A stretch of DNA of 64,000 bases from Amoebidium appalachense (taxonomy: Eukaryota > Protista > Ichthyosporea), in contig CAVNZM010000003.1 in NCBI GenBank assembly GCA_963693365.1, positions 5,204,472 to 5,268,471 of the forward strand, read 5' to 3'. Shown in pieces: positions 35,921-53,453 of the stretch (within the stretch, counting starts at the first letter, position 1; each line of letters begins with the position of its first letter). The notes under the pieces were generated by a model. It made no database searches. It was given only the letters and a program-made list of their open reading frames with translations, and was not told the DNA's origin. A program made the translations under genes and the position numbers.

Positions 35921-38900
35921 ATGAGGGGCTCGAGGTTATTCGCAGCTGCAGGCATGCAGCTGGTGCTTGCCATGTTCTTGTTGGTCAACTTTGCCCCCAC
36001 AACCGAGGGTTGTAAGTACTCCTTTCTTTCTTTTTGCCATGTTCTTGTTGGTCAGCTTTGCCCCCACAACTGAGGGTTGTAAGTACTCCTTTCTTTCTTT
36101 TTTTTTTTGCTTTTTTTTGGTGATTTTTTTGGCTTGATCTGTCATATTTTGACGTGCATCACTGCATTGCATACATGCAAGCATGCACATGATGCAGTTG
36201 GCGTCAACGCATCAACGGTTCACGGCAGTTGGCGTCAATGCATCAACGGTTCACGGCGAGTTGAAGTGTGTGGGCGTGACTTTTAGCAGCCATGGTTTTC
36301 TCAGCCCTCCCTTTTACATTTATTATCTCCTGCTATTTTTACCCCTCGTGTCACAAATTGCTGCACATAAATTTGCAATTATGATTTTGCAATTATGCGT
36401 GCTATTTAACAAATAGATTCCGTGCACGGACCGTTCTAACAGCACTGTACCCTATCACAGTGCTGTTCCTCTTCTTCAAGAAGCCTGAGTTCAATTTTTT
36501 CAAGCCGGGCCAGTTGCCATCACCCCCACCCCCACCACAACCACCGATGCCAGCCCCGCTACCCACACCACCCGCATGCCCACCCACCCACATCTGGTCT
36601 GGTGCATGCGTCTGTCCTCCCGGCCAATCGGTTCAGCCAACAGGCCGCTGCGGGTGCCCCAGTGATCGATTTGTGTACCAGGGCCTGCAGTGTGTGTGCA
36701 AGCCTGATTACACGCGTGTAGGGAATGACTGTGTTTGCCAGGCACCCCGTAAGGACGTTGCCGGTACGTGTGTGTGCCCTGGGTCTCTTAAGTGGATCGG
36801 GGGCACGTGTGGGTGCCCTGCCCCCAAGGTGCCAGAGGGTAACACGTGTGTGTGCCCGGCCACATATGTGGATTCAGGTGCTACCTGTGTGTGCCCGACC
36901 GGATTGGTTCCTCTGAACGGACAGTGTGGTTGCCCAGGCTCTCTGCAGCTTGTGGTGAGTGCTTACACTACCCCCTCCCCCCCTCAAAAAACGTGGTTTC
37001 TTGCATGCACATTAATTTTTTGCTTAATTTTTTGTTTCTTTTTTTTTCGTGTGCACATATAATTTTTACTATTATATTTACTATCCTTTCCTCAAGAAGG
37101 GATTTTCATTTTGTATCGTTATTTTTCGATTACATGCTTTTTTTGCCCTAACGTCGAATCCCCACAGTCCCCAGGCAAGTGTGGCTGCACGGACCCCAAC
37201 AAGGTGCAGTCAGGCAACCAGTGCGTGTGCAAGGCCACATACACAAACATTGCTGGCCGCTGCGTGTGCCCGGAGGGCCAGGTGGAGACAAACGGCCGCT
37301 GCGCATGCCCCGACACATTCCAGTGGCTCTCTGGCAAGTGTGTGTGCCCGGGTAACCTCACCCCTATCAACGGCAAGTGTGGCTGCCCCGCACCCCAAAC
37401 ACGCGCCACGCCCACCGGTACACGCTGTGTTTGCCCGGCCACATACCTCATCTCCGGCTCTAAGTGTGTGTGCCCGGCCACCCAAGTCGACCTCGGTACT
37501 CGCTGCGGTTGCAACCCCCCACAGACACTTCAGATGGGCAGCTGTGCCTGCCCTGCCCCTCTTGTTCTGCGCAATGGCACGTGTGTGTGTCAGAAGGCAA
37601 ACTATCAGTACATCAACGGGAAATGCCAGCCACCACCACCCAATCCGGCTCCCTCTCCCTCTCCATCTCCCAGCCCGTCTCCTGCTCCATCTCCCAACCC
37701 GGCTCCCGGCCCAAGCCCATCACCCTCACCCAGCCCGGCTCCCGCCCCTGCTCCCGGCCCGTCTCCCGCTCCCAACCCGACGCCGGCACCACTACCCTAC
37801 TACGCCTCCATTTCTGGGTATGTGTTCGTTGATGTTAACGGTAACAATGTGCCTGCACCAAGCAATGGCCTTGGAGGGTCTGTTGTGACTCTCGTCAACA
37901 CCGACAACCAGCCGATCGCAAATGTAACGACCAAACCTGACGGCTCATACACGTTCACCAACGTTGTGCCCGGCATGTACGCTGTTGTGGTTGTTTCTGT
38001 TCCTGCAAACAGTGGCACCCCGGTGAACAAGGACAGTGCTCAAATTGTTACCGTCCCCAACACGGGCCTTGTCAACATCAACTTTGCCTACGTCAAGCCT
38101 AGCCCATCCCCCAACCCGTCTCCTTCTCCCGCCCCTGCCCCGGGTCCCTCTCCAGCACCCGGCCCGTCTCCGGCCCCCGCTCCGGGCCAGTATGGCACCA
38201 TTAGCGGTGTTGTGTATGAGGACATCGACATCAACGGCAAGCCCAGCACCGACGAGGGTATTCCCGAGGTTTCCGTCTCCCTAGTTGATGCAAATGGAAA
38301 GGTTATTGCCACGGTCACCACCAAGGATGACGGCAGCTACGCATTCACTAATGTCCCTGCCGGCAAGTACACCGTCAAGATCGACCCTGCCAGCGTCGAC
38401 GGCCTTAACCCCATTGGCCACAGTGGCTCTGCTGTGGTTACTATTTCTGGCCCTGCCACCGCCACCGTCAACTTCCCCTACACCTCCGACCCTGAGTACC
38501 CCATGCCGCCCCCCAGCCCGTCTCCTGCACCTGCTCCGGCCCCGGCACCCGCACCTGCCCCTGCTCCCACACCCAGCCCGTCTCCTGCACCTGCTCCGGC
38601 CCCTGCCCCTGCACCCGCCCCTGCTCCCACTCCCAGCCCGTCTCCTGCACCTGCTCCGGCACCCGCACCGGGTCCCTCTCCCGCCCCCGGTGGCACCATC
38701 AGCGGTGTTGTGTATGAGGACATCGACATCAACGGCAAGCCCAGCACCGACGAGGGTATTCCCGAGGTTTCCGTGTCTTTGGTTGATTCCACGGGCAAGG
38801 TTATTGCCACTGTTACCACCAAGGATGACGGCAGCTATGCATTCACCAATGTCCCTGCCGGCAAGTACACCGTCAAGATCGACCCTGCCAGTGTCGACGG

Positions 38901-40836
38901 GCTGACCCCCGTTGGCCACAGTGGCTCTGCAGTGGTTACTATTTCTGGCCCCGCCACCGCCACCGTCAACTTCCCCTACACCTCCGACCCTGAGTACCCC
39001 ATGCCGCCCCCCAGCCCGTCTCCTGCACCTGCTCCGGCCCCGGCACCCGCACCTGCCCCTGCTCCCACACCCAGCCCGTCTCCTGCACCTGCTCCGGCCC
39101 CTGCCCCTGCACCCGCCCCTGCTCCCACTCCCAGCCCGTCTCCTGCACCTGCTCCGGCACCCGCACCGGGTCCCTCTCCCGCCCCCGGTGGCACCATCAG
39201 CGGTGTTGTGTATGAGGACATCGACATCAACGGCAAGCCCAGCACCGACGAGGGTATTCCCGAGGTTTCCGTGTCTTTGGTTGATTCCACGGGCAAGGTT
39301 ATTGCCACTGTTACCACCAAGGATGACGGCAGCTATGCATTCACCAATGTCCCTGCCGGCAAGTACACCGTCAAGATCGACCCTGCCAGTGTCGACGGGC
39401 TGACCCCCGTTGGCCACAGTGGCTCTGCAGTGGTTACTATTTCTGGCCCCGCCACCGCCACCGTCAACTTCCCCTACACCTCCGACCCTGAGTACCCCAT
39501 GCCGCCCCCCAGCCCGTCTCCTGCACCTGCTCCGGCCCCGGCACCCGCACCTGCCCCTGCTCCGGCCCCTGCCCCTGCTCCCGCCCCTGCTCCCACTCCC
39601 AGCCCGTCTCCTGCACCTGCTCCGGCACCCGCACCGGGTCCCTCTCCCGCCCCCGGTGGCACCATCAGCGGTGTTGTGTATGAGGACATCGACATCAACG
39701 GCAAGCCCAGCACCGACGAGGGTATTCCCGAGGTTTCCGTCTCCCTAGTTGATGCAAATGGAAAGGTTATTGCCACGGTCACCACCAAGGATGACGGCAG
39801 CTATGCATTCACCAATGTCCCTGCCGGCAAGTACACCGTCAAGATCGACCCTGCCAGTGTCGATGGGCTGACCCCCGTTGGCCACAGTGGCTCTGCTGTG
39901 GTTACTATTTCTGGCCCCGCCACCATCAACTTCCCCTACACCTCCGACCCTGAGTACCCCATGCCGCCCCCCGGCCCGTCTCCTGCCCCCGCACCGGCCC
40001 CTGGCCCGTCTCCATCTCCTGCCCCGGCCCCGGCCCCAGCCCCGGCTCCGGCTCCCGCACCAGGCCCGGCCCCGGCCCCCGGCGGTGCTCGCACCATCAG
40101 CGGTTTCGTGTACGAGGATGTTGACGGCAACAAGGCCCCCGGCACAGATGAGGGTATTCCTGAGGTTACCGTGAGCCTTCTGGATGCTTCCGGAAAGGTC
40201 GTGGCCACTGTAACGACGGCTGACGACGGCTCCTATTCGTTCAAGAACGTCCCCACCGGCAAGTACACGGTGCAGCTTAATGCCGCCGAGTTCGAAGGCT
40301 ACATACCAGTGGGCCACCAGGGCTCCGCCGTTGTCACCCTCCCGACCAATGGAAACGCAGTAAATGTCAACTTTGCATTCGTTACCAGCGATGGGCCTTA
40401 CCCCGGCCCGGCCCCCGCTCCTGGCCCGTCTCCCGCGCCCAGCCCGGCCCCTGCCCCTGCCCCTGCCCCCGGTCCTTCCCCGGCACCCGCACCGGGCCCT
40501 GCCGGCACCTACACCATCTCCGGTACCATTTTTGATGACTCCAACTCCGGAAATTTGATGCCTGATGCTGGTGAGGGGATGAAGGGTGTTACCGTGAGCC
40601 TCTTGCAAGGCAGAAAGGTTGTTGCCACTGTCAAGACAACCAACGCTACGGGCATGTACACTTTCAGTGGTTTGATTCCTGGTGCCTATGGGGTTAAAGT
40701 GACCATATCAACCGGCTACACCGCTGCTTTCGATTACGACGGCAAGAACCTCCCTGATGGCACATCCCTCGTTACTATCACAACTGGGAGCATGTCCAAT
40801 ATCGATTTTGGCCTAGTGCGCGGCTATGGCATGTAA
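35921..40836 (+). CDS. Secreted modular surface/wall protein, about 1417 aa: signal peptide, about 20 CxC repeats, seven SdrD-B/CnaB-like domains with (PA)n/(SP)n linkers; exons 35921-36011, 36461-36954, 37168-40836
   Basis: In-phase GT-AG junctions with CTAAC branch points. Hydrophobic N-terminus MRGSRLFAAAGMQLVLAMFLLVNFAPTTEG; CVCP/CGCP every 13-15 aa; repeated TISGVVYEDIDINGKPSTDEGIPEVSVSLVD..GKVIATVTTKDDGSYAFTNVPAGKYTV fits the SdrD-B pattern (ISG.V..D...G....E.G...V.V.L......T.T..DG.Y.F..L..G.Y.V). Confidence 0.85.
38193..39970 (+). repeat. Near-identical intragenic tandem repeats (498, 498, 468 bp and a partial unit)
   Basis: The ORF track shows identical off-frame ORFs 498 bp apart (38468/38966, 38478/38976). 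Confidence 0.95.
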
Positions 40837-41101
40837 AGAGTCTGTCATTGGTTCGGTTAAAACACAGATCGTTGTATAATGCTGGTTCGGTTAAAACACA
40901 AATCGTTGTAATGTGTTTATAATAGTTAAATTGGGGCAGCCCCGAAACGCGGGTGACTGCCGGACTGTGTCCGGTACGGTTGACAGGTTGAAGCCGTAGC
41001 CCACATTAAAAATTAAATTGCATAATTTATAAACTTGTTGAAAGAAACCGCTGCCTCCGGCCATTCTCCCCCCCCCCCCCCCCCCCCCCCCCTTTCTTTA
41101 A

Positions 41102-41330
41102 TTGTTCTCTTTTTCTCCTCCCCCCTCCTTTCTCCCCGTGGCTTTTTTTTCTTTTTTTTTTCCCCCCAACTTGCCTGCCTTCGTTTCTCCAATGTCCTCC
41201 CCCCCCCCCCCCCCTTTTTTTATTATTATTATTTGTTTTCTTTTTCTCCTCCCCCCTCCTTTCTCCCCGTGGCTTTTTTTTTCTTTTTTTTCCCCCCCCA
41301 ACTTGCCTGCCTTCGTTTCTCCAATGTCCT
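41102..41330. repeat. Tandem duplication of about 130 bp
   Basis: ttttctcctcccccctcctttctccccgtggc...ccaacttgcctgccttcgtttctccaatgtcct occurs twice. Confidence 0.85.
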
Positions 41331-41792
41331 TCCCCCCCCCCCCCCCAAAAAAAAAAAAAAGAAAAGAAAAAAGAAAAAAAGCCACACGCAAGTCCTTCAG
41401 TGTGGGTGTACTTTGTTGAATGCATTGGAAGATGGTCCTCCCCCCCCCCCCCCCCCCCCCTCCCAAACCGCCACCGCCACCACACACACGCAGATGAGAA
41501 CCGGCAAACATCTGCATGTGCGCCATTCGAGGACACACACACCGAATCATACTCCGAGAGAAAATAAACAGAATTCTATAAGCTATAAGCCAGAATTCAT
41601 TGTAAACCTTCAACAATGCCATTCGGTGTGAGGTACTTGAGGAATTTCGCTGGGAAGGGTCAAACTCGTTTAGGAAAGGTCCTGCGCACTTGAAAAGGCA
41701 CCTTATCGCTAAACCATAGTTGAAAGTGGTGAGGTTGTGTGTGGAGAAGGGAGGAGGGGAGGGGCGGGGGGGGTAAGGGGGGAGGGGGGAAA

Positions 41793-41827
<35 letters not shown>

Positions 41828-42120
41828 TTAGGCGTTACATCGGCCGCCATAGTGTGTGCATGTTTTCCAGCTAGGCTTAATTATAAATTGCTTGAGGACC
41901 TCTGGGCTAGCCACATCGTTGAATGTGGACTCGTCTGAGGTGTGCTTTCGTCCCCTTCTCAGTCATATTTGGAATTGCATTGTCTTCATCTCTCCACACT
42001 CCCCTTGCCCGACAGTGGGATAATGATTATTTGTTTTACAAAGCCTTTTTTCCCTGTGTGTGTGTGTGTGTGTGTGTACATGTGTGTGTGTGTGTGTGTG
42101 TGTGCATGTGTGTGTGTGTG

Positions 42121-42164
<44 letters not shown>

Positions 42165-43252
42165 GTGTCTGTGTCTATGCCATACGCATGTGTCTGTGTG
42201 TGTGTCTGTTTCTGTTTGTGGGTGTGTGTGCCCACACACATTTGTACGTGTGTGTGTTTGTGCGTGTTTGTTTGTGTGTGTGTGTGCGCACGCGTGTGTC
42301 CTTGTGAGTGAGTGAGTGAGTGTGTGTGTGTGTGTGTGTGTGTGAGTGTGTTTAAATTTGTGTGTGCGCGCGCGCGTGTTTGCCTCCGCAGCACCTACAT
42401 GGTTGGCGTGGTAAGCGTGTAGTGACAATGACGCAGTGTTCTGTCTGTTGTTGTTTTAAGCATTCTATGGCATGACGTGTATGGGGTGATTTGATTGTTG
42501 TTGTGATGAAGGAGATCCAGGTCTAACCATGCCTAACTTCACTTTCCGAGAGTGAGGGGGTGGGGGGAGGGGAAGGGGGGAGGGGGGAGGGGGGGAGGGG
42601 GGGGAGGGGGGGGGGGGGGGAATCTAGGAAGATCTAGAGGTACTAAGCGGTCCGGAAGGGTCCCAGGGAGGGCGGGGGAAGGTGGGGGGGAAAGGTGATT
42701 CAAAGGATGGGGGGGAGGGGATGGGGAGGGGGCATACATTTATCACACGTCTACAACAAAACAGGTCTAGAAACATTTAGAACAAAACACCAAAATTATG
42801 AGGTTGTGGTCTACGTAGAGAAGGAGTAGAGAAGAGAAGAGAGTAGAGAACATCTACACCCTGTCCCCGTCCCCTACTACGTAGAGTAACAGTAGAGTCA
42901 CGAGACGAGGAGAGAAGATCTACACCCTGGATCCCGGACCTGTGCCTTTGCAGGCCTTCTTTTTCTTTTGTCCTTATTTTTTTTTTTTTTCCCCCCCTTT
43001 TTTTTGGGGGGGGGGGGGGGGGAGGGGAGGGGCGAGGGAAAGGGGGGGGGGGGGGGGGGGGGGGAGGGGGGAGAAGAGGGGGGGGGGGGGGGGGGGGGGG
43101 GGGGGCTCGAGAGGGGGAGCAGTGGGTTGGTGGTAATGGCGGTGTTGGTGGGGTGTATTGAGTGGTGGGGATTCTGGAAAAAAGGGGTTGGGGGCAGGAG
43201 GGAAGAGGGGTTGAGTGGTGGGCGAAGAGCGGGATTGAAGGGGTGGAGAGGT

Positions 43253-43283
<31 letters not shown>

Positions 43284-43424
43284 AGGGGGAGGGGGGGGGG
43301 AGGGGGGGGGGGGTCTTCTGGCTCAGAGTGATCCACAGGTTTGCTTTAAGCTTGCTGATCAATATTTAGCTCCCCGACAAGCCGCCGAGACGGGGGAAGG
43401 GGGAGTGTGTTAGGGAAACTGTAC

Positions 43425-43511
<87 letters not shown>

Positions 43512-43695
43512 AGGTAAAGGGGGGAGCAGCTGCATTTTCAGCAAAAGCGCCGGGTCTTCCAGTTCTATGTTTGATTGTTTGCCAATATTTGCTCCCCCCC
43601 CCACAGACACACCCCCTCCTTTTTTTTTTTTGAGCGGGGAGGTTTTTTTCTTTCCGTTCTTTTTTTCTTTTTTCTTTCTTTTTTTTTTTTTTTTT

Positions 43696-43728
<33 letters not shown>

Positions 43729-44053
43729 GGGGGGAACACCCATCTTGTAATAAATTTAGCCAGATCCTGAATCATATTATATTGGTCATGCTGTTTCATC
43801 TTTCCAGAAGTTTTTACCTTAAATTTCCGTCAAACACTCGTATACATAAGGTTACCAGTCATGAACGTGTGGCCAACACTATCACCACTACCAAAAATTC
43901 TTTGCGGCACTCTGCAATCATTCCAACACAACCACGATCCATGTCGCACTCCAAGCCGCTGGTTCCTTAAACTCAAAATAGCCCCCCTCCTCCATCCCTC
44001 CTCTCCCCCCCCCCCCCCCCCCCCCCCCCTCCCTCTCCCTTCGCCTCTTAGGC

Positions 44054-44092
<39 letters not shown>

Positions 44093-45704
44093 CACCACCA
44101 CCACCCCGCTCCTCCCACCCTCCCCCCCTCCCCCCGCGAAAATATCCACAATCAGTTGGGTGGGCTAGCGTGTAGGGGCAGGGAGAAACACGAATTTAAA
44201 GTTTACCGAAATGACCCGTTTAATAGGACTCTGCCGGTATGTCGGAGCGACTTGTGTTGTTCTCGGGATGAACATGGCGAAAAATTCCCTACGGAAATGA
44301 ATGGGTGTGTCTGAACATGTGTCGCTGCCTGTGTGTGTGATCATGAGCGCACGGCTGTATGTTTGTGTGTGCGCGTGTGTGGGCCTGTACGCGCGCGCGC
44401 GTGTGTGTGTGTGTGCGCGCGCGTGTGTGTGCGCGTGTCTGTGCGTGTGTGCGCGCGTGTTACTGTGTGTGCGCGCGCGCCTGCTTGTGTTCAACTTTTA
44501 CACCGTGCGCGTGTTTGCGGTGCCGTGTGTATGTGCTTACGTGCGTGCTTGCGTGCTACGGTGTGTGCGCGTGTATGCCCGCGTGCCGCATACGAAGGTG
44601 TTTAAAAGCGCGGTTATGTGCCTGCGTGTATGTGCACGTGCATGCGTGTTTGTACGTGAAAGTGTGCATGTCTGTCTGTTGTGCATTTGTGCACGTGTTT
44701 GCCGTTCCAGTGTAGGTGTGTGTGCGTGCGTGCGTGCGTGTGTGCTAGCGTGTGTGCGTATGCCCATGTGTGTGTGTGTGTGTGTACGTGTTGTGTGTGC
44801 GTGCCACAGTGTATCGTGTACATACAGGTGTCGTCCATGTTCTTGATGACTAGTATTACATACGCACACGTGATTCGTGTGTTTCATACGTGTGCATGTG
44901 TTAACATGGGTCTGCTATAGGATGTGTGTGTTCCTGTGTGCGCCTGTGTTCGTTTATTTGCTGTGCACGTGACAGTAATTCATAAGCACGTGTGACACTG
45001 TGTGACACCACCATTTATGTAGAAGGGTGTGGAAATGTTTTTCCTGGGCTTCCGGTGATTGCGCAAACATTTAGCACCAAAACACGATGCGGTCCGCACC
45101 AATCAGCGTTGAAGCACTTGCGGTTTGAAAACCTAACGGAAAATACATGCAGCTGTATTTTTCGCAAAACCGATTCATAAGATTAAGAACATAGCTGCCT
45201 TTAAATAAATTTTGAGCATAACAAATGCATTGAAATATTCAAAATACAATAAAGGGTTTTAATTGTTCTAAATGCTTTACAAGCAAACGCATTAATTTCT
45301 GAAAGACTTACGTGGCGGCCTCGGCCTGTACTACGAGTAATCGTACCACGAAAATTTTAAAATTCAGTCTATGAAAATCTATCCATCTCGGCTGCTTTTT
45401 TGACAGTTCCATACATAAGGAGCTGAGGAGGAAGGAAAGAGAGAGAGAGAGAGGCAGAAAAAAGGGGGAAAACTCGGAATAAGCTGTGTTTATGTGAGGT
45501 TGAAAGGGAAGGTGTATAGTTTCTAGGCGTTGTGTTTGTCTTTTGCTTGAAAACGCGGGCTCTCAGTTGCCCGATGTAGTGGTTTGGGCCTTCCTCAGGA
45601 GTATAACTCTTCCCATTTCATTTCCTGTTTTCCTTTTGCCTATCCTTGTTCACAATCAACATTTCTAGTAGGCGTTGTTTTCTTCAAGGGAATAGTTTGC
45701 AAAC

Positions 45705-50911
<5,207 letters not shown>

Positions 50912-51562
50912 GATTTGAATGGCTTGTTCCCCCTTCGTTTTTCCTTTTTTTTGCCCCTTCTTTCCCCCCTTCTTTTTTCCTTCTTTTCCCCATTATTTTT
51001 TCCTTCTTTCCTTCTTTACTTCTTTCCTCCATTCCTCACCTCCTCTTTTTCTCCTTTTCCTTTCTTCTTTTTTTCTTTCCCCCTTCTTTCCCCCTTCTTT
51101 CTCCATCCTTTCCCCCTTCCTTCCTCCTTCCCTTCCCCTTTCTTTTCTCTTCTTTCCCCCTTCTTTTCTCTTTCTCTCTCCGTTTGAATACTGTAATGAT
51201 ACTGTAGTTGTGTGTCGGATATATCAGGTGTTGTGGGTCGTGAAATGAGTTAAGTGGGTGTATATGCACAAACACACAGGAAAAAGAACACAGCAACACA
51301 TACACAATGTACAGCGCACATGTGCAACAGACAAACCCACACATCTACGAATCTTCATAATACGGTGTGATCATCACCACACCAAGAGACAGGGTGTAGA
51401 ATGGGGTGTGTTGGCTTGTATGTGTAGGTGTATGTAGGAGTTTCTGTGTGTGTGTGTGCTTTTACGTGCGTGTGTGTGTGTGCGCGCGCGCGTGAGTGAG
51501 TATGTCTGTGTGCATGTGTGTGTGTGTGTGCCGTGTGTGTGCGCGTGTGTGTGTGCTGGTAG

Positions 51563-51617
<55 letters not shown>

Positions 51618-51686
51618 CTTCATAGGGAGTCTTATTATATCAGTACTAGTCCAGTTTGAGCAGTTGTATTTCAATAAGTTATGCAG

Positions 51687-51721
<35 letters not shown>

Positions 51722-52391
51722 AGGCAAAAGGGGATACTTTTGCTATGAAATGCATCGGTGTGAATTCTATTGTGTAAGATATATTTGAGATATACATACG
51801 AGATATGATTCATGAAAAAGAAAAGCGATCGGTGGAAATTGTGAGTATTGTGTTTGCGCTGTGTGCTCAAACCAAAAAGGGAAGATGAAGATGCAAATCT
51901 CAAGAGGCTCTGCCCGTGTGTCCGGCCCGATAAGGGTTTTGTGTGTGTGTGCACTTGTCATCCTGTGGGCCTGTGTAGCGTCCACACACACGGATGCATG
52001 CCAGCGCCCGTGTGCGCATGTGCAACATTGCCAACGTGCCTGTTCGTTTTATGGTGCATTTTATGCTATTAGGGTGTGTATGTGAGGGGGAAAGAGGGGG
52101 GGGAGGGGGGACGTGTCCATGTGTTTGTGTGTTCGGTGGAGGGGGGGGAGGGGGGGGGAGGGATGCACACAAGGGAAACATGATTAAGATGCAGTTGTTT
52201 GTGCATCCTCAACACCGTCGTGCGTGCACATTAGTGGCTTCAAAAGCATGCTACGTGTGTGTGTGCGTGTTTGTGTTTTCCATCTGTGTGCACGTGTGTG
52301 TGTAAATAGGCACGTGCACACGTACGTCGATGCCCGCACGTGTATATGTATGTTTGTGTGTGTCCCTATGTGTCTGTGCTTGTGTGTGGGC

Positions 52392-52422
<31 letters not shown>

Positions 52423-52438
52423 CACGTGTCTGTGTGTC

Positions 52439-52565
<127 letters not shown>

Positions 52566-52706
52566 GCACTTGAAGCTGAGAATATCCTACGTACAAATTG
52601 GCCATAGAGACCGTTATGGGACATCAGAAAGGAAAGGAATGGGCTTTTGTCTTCGTGTGTGTGTTTGTGTGTGTATGTGTGTGTGTAGATGGGTGCATGC
52701 TTGTGT

Positions 52707-52756
<50 letters not shown>

Positions 52757-53076
52757 GGATGAAGGGCGGGGGGAACGGGGGAAGGTCGCGAAAAGTAAAC
52801 GTGTCAGATTTACCACCAGTTTGTTATTCCACTAGAATCGGCCTACAATAGCTATGATGTTTACACTTACACTGCCCATGCACAACGCTCTAGTGAAGAT
52901 TTTTTGAATAGGAAAGTGTTCACACTGTCCTATTCATGGGAAAAGTTACTAGTACAGACTGTTGGCAATTTACATTCGTGAAATTCTAGATATACTGGAA
53001 CCCCCCCCCCCCCCCCCCCCTCCCTCCCCCCCCCCAAACCCCCAACTTTACGTATCCCCAAACCAGGCAGTTGTGT

Positions 53077-53107
<31 letters not shown>

Positions 53108-53453
53108 GACGTGCCTCACGATTTTTCCACCCTCTTGTGTCACGTGCATATTAGGCACGAAGGACTGCATGCAGTTGTGTGGAATTTAAGAGTTGTCGTG
53201 AAATATCCATTCGGAACAATGAAATTCAGACACTATCCCCATATTTGGGTAGATACACCTACACCACCTATTAAACATACACCTACACAAGTGCCTCAAA
53301 AACTTAACCAAAATACGGACATAATTATTACCCAAACAAAGCCAGATTTTCCATGTAACAACCCCCCCCCCCCCCCCCCCCCCCCTGCCCCCAACACCCA
53401 CACACCCACCCACCCACACACACACCCACACACACACACACCGCGCACGCTGG

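Noticed and set aside
38281-40608. Long antisense ORFs over the repeat protein (and likewise over the HK and channel exons)
   Set aside because: Shadows of codon bias and repeats on the coding strand.
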